From Octopus bimaculoides (lineage: Eukaryota): a stretch of DNA of 63,827 nucleotides. The stretch lies in contig NC_068981.1 of assembly GCF_001194135.2 (NCBI RefSeq), forward strand, positions 173,853,195 to 173,917,021, read 5' to 3'. Positions 38,027 to 50,935 of the stretch are shown one piece after another (position 1 is the stretch's first letter; each line of letters opens with the position of its first letter). The position numbers were made by a program, and so were the translations under genes. The notes beneath the pieces are model-generated. The model was not told the origin of the DNA. It made no database searches and saw only the letters and a list, made by a program, of their open reading frames with translations.

Positions 38027-38147
38027 GAAACGCCATGAAAATACTATTAAAGACCTTGAAAAGAAACAGGAAACCCACCGTGAGAACCTCGGCAAATTAC
38101 AACACCAATTCCAACAGGCTCAAGTGAAGGCTGCTGTCAGAGCTTAA
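38027..38147 (+). CDS. PFDN6: PFDN6 exon 4 (KRHENTIKDLEKKQETHRENLGKLQHQFQQAQVKAAVRA*); total protein 126 aa
   Basis: TTTTTCAAG acceptor, phase 2, TAA at 38145-38147. Confidence 0.95.
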
Positions 38148-38210
38148 ACCTGTCACTATTTTTATTCTCCATTAAAAAAATTTTTTTTTTATTAATTTAA
38201 ATAACATTCG

Positions 38211-38216
38211 AATAAA
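38211..38216 (+). terminator. Candidate PFDN6 polyadenylation signal AATAAA
   Basis: ~65 nt after the stop. Confidence 0.5.
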
Positions 38217-39574
38217 GAAGAATGTAAATGACACTGAACATTTATTTGCGTGATATGAAGTTTGAACAGCTATCTCTGCTAGGTGTGCAGTTCTTTAGTT
38301 TAAAGAGCTGGATATCTAGCTTTGCTATGTATACTCTTCTATGGTTTAGAGAATTGGACAACTAGCTCTGCCAATTTATTATTCAGGCTATATAAACCGA
38401 ATGCTTTACTCAACTAAGTGTACAGTATGTTAGGTTGGACAATGAAATTTGACTCTGCTAAGTGCCCAACTTTATGTACTGATTCTAACCATAGAAATAC
38501 TTCTGCATTTTCATCCCCCATCTTAATGATTTTATGTCTCCTATTAATATAGGAGGATGAATTGACTCACTATTCTTAGTGACAATTTTCATCTATTTTC
38601 ACTGAGTTCTGCCTTTTATCTATCTTTCCAACATGGAACTCTGTGTCTATTTGTATTAAATGATAGCTCATTAAAATGCTTTTACTATTTTCTCTCATGT
38701 ATTCTTTAATCTGTTTTCAAACATTTTCTTGCCAAATATAAATAACTAATCAACATTTCTACATATTGTAAAAGAAGCAACTTCCAGTGGATGGCTGCTA
38801 TGGATTTTGTAATTTCTTTGTACTGTTAGCAGCCCATTATCCCTATTTGTCTTTATCTAGGTGTTAATTGAATATCATTTCTAAGTTGATTTTATTCAAC
38901 CTGTTCCTTTTTGGTTCACTTCCCTTAGTTCTTCTGTCAGTTTATATTTTTGTAGATTTCTATGTTATCTCCTGTTAGCTAGTTTTCTAATCGCTCACTT
39001 TTTGTAATAGAAGCATTACAGTTCTTATGTATATAGGGGCTGGCAGCATTTCATGTATTCCAGAGACATAAAAGTGCATTGTCAACTTGTGATACCTTTG
39101 GAAATAGAACATTGACTGAACAGTTCAATCTGTATTAGATTTTAAAATTTCAGCCTGTTATTGCATAACATCCACTCCAATAAATCAAATAAATTGTGGA
39201 TTTTTAAAAACCTTCATTCTTGACTAACAAAAAAAAAATAATGTAAACATACACCCATAGGTCCATGTAAAAAAGCACCCGTGTAATAACATGTGCCGGT
39301 TCATGTAAAAAGCACCCAGCACACCCTGTAAAGCGGTTGGCATTAAGGCCATCCAGCTGTAGAAGCCAAACCAAATCAGGCTGGAACCTGGTACAGCTTG
39401 ACAGCTCTGGTCAAACTGCTCAACCCATGCCAGCATGGAAAACAGATGTTAAATGAGGTTTCAGATCATATATAATTAAACATATAAGAAAAGTGCTATC
39501 AAATATTGGCTCTAAAATATTAAATATTAGGTGATTTACTAAAGTTTTTACCTAAAATAGAGCTGAATTTTTGT

Positions 39575-39609
<35 letters not shown>

Positions 39610-40465
39610 CCAGAAGTAGACATTTATTTTTATTTGCCTCATGTGTTAGTAAATCTGCAAAACAATCAAAATATATTTTTAATAACATTAATCCATCCAA
39701 TTCAAAAACTTACATGATGGAAGCATAGCAAGTATTCCTATATAAATCAAAAAGGTTTTAGGTATTGCTGGATAATTAACCAATTATTTATATCTATTGT
39801 TCTAACTTTCCAATGATGAACTGGTAGACAGTATGATACCAGACTACATACCTTAGGGCATTTCATTTCTTTTTATTTTGACTTTAAATTTCACCAAGGT
39901 TGGTTTTACCTGTATGTGTGAGTCAGTAAAATACATGTCAGGTACGGGTTGAGGTTATTTTAATCAACTGGTTTTTTATAAGTTAGGAAGGGAGCAGCAG
40001 TGCCACTGACCTTTGGAATTCCTCCTGGGCTGCTTAGGTTAATGTAGTTGTTACCCTAGCTTGACCAGGAAAAATATGACTGTAGAAGGGCTAGGAGTCC
40101 AGTCCAAATGTTTGCAATAAAGTGAACTCTATCGAAGGCACACAGTGACGTGATGGTATTAGGCCTATTCTGTCTTATTCTCTATTTTTTCAAAAGTTCC
40201 CCATATTAATGTGGAATGAGCACTCAAGAGATTGACAACAGGAAAGAGAATTTCAGTAGGAACACATATCTCAGAATAAAGCCAAGGTTCAGCAGAGGGA
40301 GCCTTTAGGTAGGCCAAAAGCATATAAAAATAATAGGTTAGTAGAGAACATTTCATAACTAATTAGAAATAATTACATAGGGCAGAAAAAAAAATAGCAA
40401 TCTTTGAGTAATAATATTTTCATTTGTTCTGAGCAATTATGGGAGACCACCAGACATATTTTGGT

Positions 40466-40707
40466 TAGCTGCTAGAATAAGAATAGCCTGGGCAAAGTTT
40501 AGAGAGCTCTTACCCCTGCTGGCGACAAAGGGACTCTCACTCAGAGTAAAAGGCAGACTGTATGACGCATGTGTACGAACAGCCATGCTACATGGCAGTG
40601 AAACATGGGCTGTAACTGCTGAGGACATACGTAAGCTCGCAAGGAATGAAGCCAGTATGCTCCGTTGGATGTGTAATGTCAATGTGAATACCTGTCAGAG
40701 TGTAAGT
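40466..40707 (+). mobile_element. RTE LINE internal fragment
   Basis: ARIRIAWAKFRELLPLLATKGLSLRVKGRLYDACVRTAMLHGSETWAV. Confidence 0.85.
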
Positions 40708-41810
40708 ATCATCTTCATCGTTTAACGTCCGCTTTCCATGCTAGCATGGAAAGCGGACGTTAAACGATGATGATGATTTTGACTTCATTAGCAAAGTATA
40801 ACCACTGACATGTATTANNNNNNNNNNNNNNNNNNNNNNNNNNNNNNNNNNNNNNNNNNNNNNNNNNNNNNNNNNNNNNNNNNNNNNNNNNNNNNNNNNN
40901 NNNNNNNNNNNNNNNNNNNNNNNNNNNNNNNNNNNNNNNNNNNNNNNNNNNNNNNNNNNNNNNNNNNNNNNNNNNNNNNNNNNNNNNNNNNNNNNNNNNN
41001 NNNNNNNNNNNNNNNNNNNNNNNNNNNNNNNNNNNNNNNNNNNNNNNNNNNNNNNNNNNNNNNNNNNNNNNNNNNNNNNNNNNNNNNNNNNNNNNNNNNN
41101 NNNNNNNNNNNNNNNNNNNNNNNNNNNNNNNNNNNNNNNNNNNNNNNNNNNNNNNNNNNNNNNNNNNNNNNNNNNNNNNNNNNNNNNNNNNNNNNNNNNN
41201 NNNNNNNNNNNNNNNNNNNNNNNNNNNNNNNNNNNNNNNNNNNNNNNNNNNNNNNNNNNNNNNNNNNNNNNNNNNNNNNNNNNNNNNNNNNNNNNNNNNN
41301 NNNNNNNNNNNNNNNNNNNNNNNNNNNNNNNNNNNNNNNNNNNNNNNNNNNNNNNNNNNNNNNNNNNNNNNNNNNNNNNNNNNNNNNNNNNNNNNNNNNN
41401 NNNNNNNNNNNNNNNNNNNNNNNNNNNNNNNNNNNNNNNNNNNNNNNNNNNNNNNNNNNNNNNNNNNNNNNNNNNNNNNNNNNNNNNNNNNNNNNNNNNN
41501 NNNNNNNNNNNNNNNNNNNNNNNNNNNNNNNNNNNNNNNNNNNNNNNNNNNNNNNNNNNNNNNNNNNNNNNNNNNNNNNNNNNNNNNNNNNNNNNNNNNN
41601 NNNNNNNNNNNNNNNNNNNNNNNNNNNNNNNNNNNNNNNNNNNNNNNNNNNNNNNNNNNNNNNNNNNNNNNNNNNNNNNNNNNNNNNNNNNNNNNNNNNN
41701 NNNNNNNNNNNNNNNNNNNNNNNNNNNNNNNNNNNNNNNNNNNNNNNNNNNNNNNNNNNNNNNNNNNNNNNNNNNNNNNNNNNNNNNNNNNNNNNNNNNN
41801 NNNNNNNNNN

Positions 41811-42032
41811 CACATAAAAGACACCATTTCGAGCGTGGCCGTTTTCGTGCGGGTGACACGTAAAAGCACCCACTACACTCTCTGAGTGGTTGGCGTTAGG
41901 AAGGGCATCCAGCTGTAGAAACACTGCCAAATTTAGATTGGAGCCTGGTGTTGCCATCCGGTTTCACCAGTCCTCAGTCAAATCGTCCAACCCATGCTAG
42001 CATGGAAAGCGGACGTTAAACGATGATGATGA
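41811..42032 (+). mobile_element. (GAT)n-tailed RTE 3' end emerging from a gap
   Basis: Same family as 18031-18330. Confidence 0.85.
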
Positions 42033-42809
42033 TTTTGACTTCATTAGCAAAGTATAACCACTGACATGTATTAAACTGTACATTTGTTGAAGAAAAACAG
42101 TTTACATGAAAACCTTGTTCATCTTTAGTTCTTAGTAGGCTGTATACTTTCATAAGCTATCAGCTGGTGAAAATGTAAATCTCCTCTTATAATAATAAAA
42201 TCTATCTTCTTGCTGTATATTTCACTTTAGCTTGATCTCAGTTGTTTTTGTGAATTCAATTAATTTTTGTCTATTTTAGTTTAATAATTGTAACTGCTAT
42301 TAAGGTTACACTGCATAAATGTGTATCCTTGTAGCAACATAAAGAAGTAATTTGTCAGTTTTGTAATTTAATATGAGAAAAATTTTGATGTTAAAAGTTT
42401 TCTATATTGTAAAACGAAAACATGCATATAACTGGTTTGTCTTTTTAAATGGTACATTTACTGATTGAAAGTAATCCCATAATGGCAAATATTCTAAATG
42501 AAAAAAAAAGAATTAAAAATATTGAGAAGCCTTTATAATTATGTAAAGAATCAATATCATCTATTTTTAAAGGAGCATTTTTACCCTGCGTGCATAAGCA
42601 AAAGCAGGGTATTGTAATAACTTGTCTTAGTCTGTTTGTGTTTTCTCAAAATTACTGGAAAATGGTTGAATGGATTTTCACTAAATTTGGCAGAAATACT
42701 CATTGGGTGGGTGGCTTGAAATGATGAAAATTTGGTTTTGTTATCTTCAAATATACATAGATATGCAACTGTGTGTGCGTGTACAATGAAGGATTTGAGA
42801 GTTTTCTTC

Positions 42810-44540
42810 CATCATCATTTAACGTCCATTTTCCATGCTAGCATGGGTTGGACGGTTCGACAGGCCTGGGAAGCCAGGAGGCTGCACCAGGCTTCAGTCT
42901 TATCTGGCAGTGTTTCTACAGCTGGATGTCCTTCCTAACACCAATCACTCTGTGAGTGTAGTGGGTGCTTTGTACGTTCCACTGGCATAGAGGCCAGAGG
43001 AGGCTGGTAACGGCCACAATCGGTTGGTGCTTTTTATGTGCCACCAGCACGGAAGCCAGTCAAAGCAGCACTGGCATCAGCTGCGTTCAGATGGTGCTTT
43101 TTACATGCCACCAGCACGGGTATCACAATTGCAATTTCCATTTGATTTTCATTTTAAGGTGATGTACTTGACATAATAGGTCTCCTCAAGTACAGCAGGT
43201 CGCCCTGCGATCCAAGGTATTTTTGAATGGGCTGGGGCTGGTTATGCGAAACTGGTGTAGGATACAGCTGTGAACTCACTTTATTTGCCGGGTCTTTGCA
43301 GTCACAGTATATCTCCAGAGGTCTCTGTCTTTCGTCATTGCCTCTGTGAGGCCCAGCGTTCGGAGGTCATGCTTGACCACCTCATCCAATGTCTACCTCA
43401 ACTCTGGATTCCTTCAACTGTTTGGGAGTGGCACTTCTTCACACTCTCCTCATCCATCCATAGTACATGACCATACCAGCACAAACGTCTCTCTTGCATG
43501 CCACAACATTTCTCTCAGGGCACTTACACTCTGTTGTGTGTGCACACTGCCATTACAAATCCAGCGGATCATGTTAGCTTCATTTCTTTCGAGCCTACGC
43601 ATGTCCTCCGCAGTCACGGCCCATGTTTCACGGCCGTGAAGCATGGCAGTTCGCCCCACATGCATCGTACAATCTACCTTTCACTCTGAGCAAGAGGCCC
43701 TTTACCACCAGTAGGGGTAGAAGCTTTCTGAACTTTGCCCAGGCTATTCTTATTCTAGTGGTAACACTCTCTGAACATTCACCCCCACTTACTAACTTGG
43801 TCACCTAGGTAGCAGAAGCTATCAACTACTTCTAGTTTCTCCTCCTGGAGTGTGATGGAATCTGTTTTCTGAGCATCTGTGGTGTTTATTGCCCCTGTGC
43901 ATCTGCTGNNNNNNNNNNNNNNNNNNNNNNNNNNNNNNNNNNNNNNNNNNNNNNNNNNNNNNNNNNNNNNNNNNNNNNNNNNNNNNNNNNNNNNNNNNNN
44001 NNNNNNNNNNNNNNNNNNNNNNNNNNNNNNNNNNNNNNNNNNNNNNNNNNNNNNNNNNNNNNNNNNNNNNNNNNNNNNNNNNNNNNNNNNNNNNNNNNNN
44101 NNNNNNNNNNNNNNNNNNNNNNNNNNNNNNNNNNNNNNNNNNNNNNNNNNNNNNNNNNNNNNNNNNNNNNNNNNNNNNNNNNNNNNNNNNNNNNNNNNNN
44201 NNNNNNNNNNNNNNNNNNNNNNNNNNNNNNNNNNNNNNNNNNNNNNNNNNNNNNNNNNNNNNNNNNNNNNNNNNNNNNAATGGCTAGGTCATCAGCATAG
44301 AGGAGCTCCCAGGGGCAACCCATCTTGAATTCCTGTTATTGCCTGGAGGACTATGATGAATAAAAGGGGACTGAGGGCTGAACCTTGGTGGACCCCCACT
44401 TCTACCCGGAATTCTTCACTATACTCATTGCCAGTCCTAACCTTACTAACGGCCTCTCTGTATAGGGCCTGTACAGCCCTTATTAACCATTCATCAATCC
44501 CCAGTTTCCACATCACCCACCAGATAAGGGATCGGGGGAC
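42810..44540 (-). mobile_element. 5'-truncated RTE LINE including RT core (gap 43909-44278 inside)
   Basis: VPRSLIWW...GVHQGSALSPLLF...LLYADDL, then HGRETWAV..., 3' UTR and (GAT)n tail. Confidence 0.9.
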
Positions 44541-45059
44541 CCATTACGAATTAATTTCATAATCACACCAGAGTATAAATACCAATAACGGTGATACTTA
44601 AAGAAAAAAATTTTTTAACTAAAACTTACAAATTTCCTAATAAGCAGGTTTAGTCAATCACAAAGCTTAATTCAGTTCAATTAAAAAGCTTGGGTAAGCA
44701 ACATTGTATGCCACACTATAATTTGCAAATAAAATATTATCTATGTGCAGGGCCTGCATCATCCCTCTGATGCCTTATTTTTTTTCTCAAGAAATGTACT
44801 TTGTTCTTTAAATAGGTTGGATATGCTTAGGAGTGGGGAAATCTGATTTTATTAGAAGTCTGTTACTTTTGTTATGAATAGTAACTGAAATTTTAAGCAT
44901 TTTAAAACAATATTTCAAAAATAAACTGGACCTCTGGCTTTATAACCTTCATCAGTTTAGTTATGTGTTAATAAAAACAAAGAAATAGGATGACAGGATA
45001 AGAACTTGCAATACTTGAGCTGCTTTGATCCATTCAGTTATTTTGACATGCCAGAGCTG

Positions 45060-46930
45060 TGATTCAGCCAATGTATAAAGGTAGATTGAAATTTAACCCT
45101 TGGCTGACAGCAATTCAAGAGACTTCTAAGACACCTTGAGAACTGTCTACAGCCCATGGCCTCAGGATCATCTCTGCTGTTAATTAGGGACATAACAACA
45201 CTGTTGACAGACAAATGAGCAGACCTCTTTCATAGTGTCCTGAGTCATTCACTATCAATAAAGCAGCAAAAAGATTGTTTGCCTCAAGACAAAGGTATGT
45301 ATATAGGTATGCTTTGGATTTTGAAAAATATAATTTAAGGTTTTCAAAAATCCATACTAATGCTTGAGCCTTAATGTTGTTGCAATCTTATGTATCTTTT
45401 ATTCAATTCCTATGTGAAGTTTTCAATAGTTGTTTAGCCCTAGAACAAACAGATAAGTGGACTAATTCAGTTGAAGGTAGCCATTGGATGTCATTCTCAG
45501 TAAGTCAGAATGTATCTACCCTTACATGTAAATGAATATAAACTCTGAATTGAGTGGATGAAACTAATAATGGGCTCCACTGCACATCTCCATAGATTGG
45601 GAAAGGAACTAGAAAAAGTACCCTAAACACAGTTTTGCTTACTGCAGCTGGCAGAGATCTTGAACTGATGATTGAAGAATTTAATGTAAAACAAGAATAT
45701 CACCACTTTAGACAGATCAAGTGAATAATCATAGGCATCACCAATGTAGAGAGATATAAGAAGAAAAAAAAACCTTGGGCACCAGAAAGCTCTTACAAAA
45801 AGGTACAAAGACAGTAGACTGAATGAAAATCAAGTGACTGGAAAAGGCGAAGTCACAGAAACAAGGATAGGGGATATCTGGGCTGGTTGCAACATTGAGG
45901 AATGACCTGACTTGAGGTGAGATTTGCTTTCAAGAATTATCATGTCAGAAAACTTACTGGTCTTTGTCTTCCCAAGGGATTGAACAATTGGCTTATAACA
46001 CATGCAATAAATTTTCATCAATAGTGCTTATGTATCCACAATAACAAACCCAGAGGAAGTCAAGAAAAGGGTCCATGAAGAATTGAACTCTTATCAGATC
46101 TGTGCCAAACCAAGACAAGCTTACTGTTCTTGGGTCTCACTATGAGAGTTGTGAGGGAACAACTGGAAGAAGTAGAGTTGGAAAGTGCAACAGCAATGGC
46201 TTCCAGTTTTTATGAACATGTACAGAGCATGTTGCAAAACAGTCTTCTTCCTGTTCCTCTATAACTTGACATCATAGGCAGACCCTTTCACACTGAAATT
46301 TAATCAACTGCATTTTCGTTATGATTAAACACAGACTGTATGACCAATGCTATGTGTAGTGCCTATTGCTAGACCCATGTCCCAGTTTAATATCTGCATC
46401 CAGTCTATGCAATTTTCTCAAGGGTGGAGGAACTAACCATGGAGCTGTCACCAATTTGCTTTCAATGTCTGCTAAAGCAAACTCAGGATGTTCAGTCTCT
46501 CCTTCACTGATGTAAACGAAGATTCAGCAGCTGTCAGAAGCTTATTTGGCACTTCACTGGCCCAAACAACTGGGTTAATTCAAAGAGAATAATACAGATT
46601 GTCCAAAAGCACGAAGTTTTCTTCCATCGTGATACACAAGACTGTCATGGCTAAGCTGTGATAGATGCAGAAATCATGCCTGTATATGAAGGCAAATTGA
46701 AATTTAACCCTTGACAGACTGTAATTCAAGAGACTTCTAAGACGCCTTGAGAATTGTCTACAGCTCATGGCCTCAGGATCATCTCCGCTGTTGATTAGGG
46801 ACATAACAACACTGTTGGACAAATGAGCAAACCTCTTTCACAGTGTCCTGAGCCATGCACTATCAATAAAGCAGCAAAAAGATTGTTTGCCCCAAGCCGA
46901 GATGAACATGTCACTGGCTAACCTTCCTGT
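45060..46930 (+). mobile_element. Heavily decayed RTE (BovB-like) LINE: APE endonuclease to pre-RT region, with a ~220-bp piece present twice
   Basis: SVPNQDKLTVLG..GTTGR.RVGKCNSNG and SGSSPLL...FHSVL...LPQ.E.N.SL across frames; 45070-45290 repeats 46680-46895. Confidence 0.7.
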
Positions 46931-47376
46931 TAAAGGACCACAGCGTCTGAGCAAGAGAAGCAGACGAGTTGAATAGAAAGGGGAGGTGAGAAAGTCGAGA
47001 GCTGCCGGTGAGTTATCAAATGTAAATAAATAATATAGACTCGTCAGCTAGTCACAAACAGATGCGTCTGCAAAGGATGTCACAAATATCGTCCATACGT
47101 ACAGACGAGTCAAAGATTCTGTCATATAGAGTTATCTCCCATAGTTAGATAACTACTGCCATCTATTGTCAATACATCATATTCGTAAACTCTGGGGAAC
47201 CTTGGATTCATAATTACCATACATAAAAAAAAAAACAAAAAAAGAATTCAGACTGAATATATCATTTCACACAGTAAAACAAGAAAATGGATGAAAATCC
47301 TTATAGCTATATACTCGATCTTTTACATCGTAGTGCTGTTGAAGAATTATTAATGGGTCATTCTTTAGTTTGTCAG

Positions 47377-47406
47377 TTACCGTAACCGGCCACCTTCAGA
47401 ATGATC
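47377..47406 (+). other. Candidate 30-nt 5' exon of the zinc-finger gene ending in ATG ATC
   Basis: TTCTTTAGTTTGTCAG acceptor, GTAAGT donor, in-frame upstream TAA; phase 0 fits the acceptor at 54229; CpG-rich surroundings. Confidence 0.4.
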
Positions 47407-48891
47407 GTAAGTATACAATTATTTATTTAATTAGTTTATTTATTCCGATAGCTTTCAGTAATATAATAAATATCTATTCAGCAATGTTTTAATTAAAATC
47501 TTATAGCGAGTATTCAAAGCAACAATAACAACAACAGCAAAAACACAATACGATTTGTAAATATCTTGCAAGACAGCCTTGAGAAGAATACGTTTATTTG
47601 TATCAATTTTACCACAGATGTTATGACTGATGAGATGTTAGTTGATTCAAAATATTTTAAAAGATTCTTAAAACTTTAAACAAATTACTATTTTCTAATC
47701 AATTTGAAACTGTCACCACACGCATATGTCAAATTGTTGGGGGTAATATAGCCTATTTAATTAAACATTAACAGATTATTTGTCGCCGTTTAGTCAAACG
47801 CAGCAGTCAGATGTTAAAGTCAGTGTATTTTAATCTTTGCTGAAATGAATAACATATTTAAGTGCAACAGAGTTTCATGTACACTCCAAGCTAATTTTTT
47901 TCTGTTTTCATATGTGACTGAAGGGATGTCAGAATGCACAGATCAACGTTATACATTAATTTTAATGGGCAGCTGTATTTACTTATGGTATTTTTATTAT
48001 TTGCTCCCAGAATTGTATGCTGTTCTTTCTGATTACTGGTTACAATATATGACGTGTATACAACATCAAATTTCAGCGAGTAATTATTAGGTTTTGAGAA
48101 AATTCCTTTGCTGTCCGAAATAGAAATTTGCATAATCGGACATGTTATGGATATCGTGTAGTTGCGATATACATCACAATTGAAATTCGTAAGTAACAAT
48201 TGTATTTCAGTACAGGTTAAGGTCTGTTATTTAGTTATATTAGTTTGATATTCAAAATATTAACTCTTGGAGTGACAAGTGCTGGAGGGTTGAAAGTAAA
48301 CTCCTACCGATCTGAGAATGTGACCTGGTTTCGTTTCGCAGTTGTAACATTTAGCTTTTCTTTTGCTGAAGAAATGCAAGGACATCCCACACTCATTCCC
48401 CTTCTCTACAAATGTGTGGTAGTGTGCTAAAACAAGAAATCAACATTAGCTTTTGGATGAGTCATTAGTAATGGCACTGGTATCGATAATGTGTAAGAAT
48501 CTACACTTTACCATCTTTGAAAGATTTGGATTTAAACGTATAGTATCCGCAAAAAGGCCCGTGTAAACTTGCAGTATGTTTAACTTAAAAAAAAATTAAA
48601 ATGATAAAAGAATCCTACTCCATTCAGAATGATGGTCTGTACACAAAGATGTTTTAACTTGATTTCGTAATATTTTTTTCTGATGATATAACGGTTCTTT
48701 TAACATAAGACATATATATATATATACGTAAGTCGTCTACAAGTCCGTAAGTCAGGAAAAAGATGCACTCGTATATCTGTCAATGGAGTGGGTATACTAT
48801 CCGAAGTGTACCCAGTCGTACCCCTAGCGCGAAACTGATTGGTAAGATCAGCCGTGATGGATGTATAATACTGAACACTTCGGATAATATA

Positions 48892-49018
48892 CAGGGTGTC
48901 CACAAGTTCTGGGTATATGGAGTAAATAAAATCATAACATAAACAATTAAATATAAGAAATAATAATTTCTTAAAGTATGTGTTAATCCCCATGTACCCA
49001 GACTTTGTGGACACCCTG
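48892..49018. mobile_element. 127-bp Tc1/mariner MITE
   Basis: TIRs CAGGGTGTCCACAA / TTGTGGACACCCTG, TA on both sides. Confidence 0.85.
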
Positions 49019-49169
49019 TATATATATATATATATATATATACCCTTGATGGACGTGAACTCAGGGTAACTTCGTAGACCACCCGTAACTATATCAAATT
49101 ACTCCACTACTCTATAACTTAAAGTGTGCTTCCCTTTCAGACATGATTTACTGATGATTATATATATAT

Positions 49170-49467
49170 CTTGTTTCAGTCATTAAACTGCAGCACCACT
49201 TTGAAAGAATTTTAGCCAAAGGAATTGACCCCAGTACTTTTTTTTTTATATTTAAGCCTGGTACTTATTCTATTGGTCACTTTTGCCGAATCGCTAATTT
49301 ACGAGTTTGTAAATATACCAACACCAGTTGTCAAGTGGTGACGAGGGACAAAGATACACACATGGATATATATACGACAAGCTTCTTTCAGTATCCACCC
49401 ACCGAATCTACTCACAAGACTTTGGTCAACCCTAGGCTAAAATAGAAGGCACTTGTCCCAAGATGGC
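49170..49467 (-). mobile_element. tRNA/CORE-like SINE, 5'-truncated
   Basis: Collinear with 17102-17483. Confidence 0.75.
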
Positions 49468-49699
49468 AAGACTACGTTTACATTGAAGATCCTCTTAAAG
49501 GTCAATTTCTGTTTTCTGGCATTTGTCACAACTGGCAATGGCCAGGTCTGAAATTTGTTGGATTAAGGGATCCAACTTTGTTTATTTGTATGTATGTATG
49601 AATGAATGATCTTTTTTTTTAGTTTATAAGAGAGTTCAGACTGGTTGCTAACAAATCATCAAGAATTTTTGAATCAAGAGTTCCCAATGTTTGTAAATA

Positions 49700-50890
49700 T
49701 GCGATTGAGTCGGTGTGTTGGTTGATGCACACACTCAAGTATTTGCAACTATTCATATAAGAATCTCGGAGAATTTTTGGAATGTTTTACAAATCTTCAC
49801 TGTGTCACAAATAGATTGGATTTGGAGAATCCATGTCAGTTTCTTTTGTTGTTTCATCACAAAACCTAGTATTTCTAGGTTTTTGGGTAAATTTGTTGGT
49901 ACATAAACTAATGCACCTATGATAGGTACAAATGGGAATTTATAGTCAGGGTACAAGAGCTGTAAGTTCTGCGTTAATTCACCATAAATGTTCTCTTTTT
50001 TCCTGGACTTTTGATTGTATATTCACATCTGCTGGGCAGTTCAACAGCAGTGCACTACTTTTGTTCCCTGTCCTGCAGAACAATCTCAGATGTGTTATAT
50101 TTGCACTGAACTGCTGTTTTTAAAGGTGAATACCTGTTGGTTCTGACATGCCTTCGATGTATACACCAGGGCAGTCCTCCCTGCACATAGCATTGTAAAT
50201 AGTCTTTGCGACTATATCATGCCTCAGGAGCAGATAGTATCTCATAGACATTTGGGGGCAGTTACTGATGATGTGGGTGATATTTTCCACACTGGTATAG
50301 CAGAGCCTACATTTTTTAGCACATGGTATCTTTGTCCCTCTTATTTATCAGGTATTTAGTAGCTATCTCCTACTCCTGGATAGCAAAGGCAGGTAGGGTG
50401 TAATGTATCTATTGCAGGTCCAGAAGAGGCTTCTCTTCATGTCAATGCTGTTGTTGCTCCCTAGGTTACAGGATATGTACCCATGCATTGCTTTTTGTTG
50501 GTATGTTGCCTACTTTGCCTCCAAGCTTGTTTAAGTAGGGCCAATCCAGCCTCCTCTGGATCACATGAAACAGTTGTATTCTCAGAGTACCTGCACAGTA
50601 GTTCTCCAACTCTGAAGATGTTGTTGCTCTAACCTCTGAGTATGCATGGAATGTACTTATTTCTTTCCTTACTGTTCAGCAAGTGTTGTCTGAATGAAAC
50701 CGTGACATTCCAAGGCCATATGCCTCTTCCATCATCACTTCATCTTACATAGATCCTACTGATTTCACTGTACCTTCCTAGTTTTGATGTGCAGGCTGCG
50801 TATCCTGTCAAGTGTCCAGTCCAATATCCCAAATGTAGGTACTAGCACTGGCACTGCAAAAGCATTGTGAGAAAAGGCTTTGTTTAATGT
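49700..50890 (-). mobile_element. Decayed R4/Dong-like non-LTR retrotransposon (RT C-terminus, CCHC knuckle, restriction-like endonuclease)
   Basis: NAFAVPVLVPTFGILDWT; CRLC..SVENITHIISNC...RHD; CPADVNI..KV.EKENIYG; YPDYKFPFVPIIGAL; frameshifted. Confidence 0.75.
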
Positions 50891-50935
50891 AGGTATGCAT
50901 GCATACACACACACATATTTATATATATCTATATA

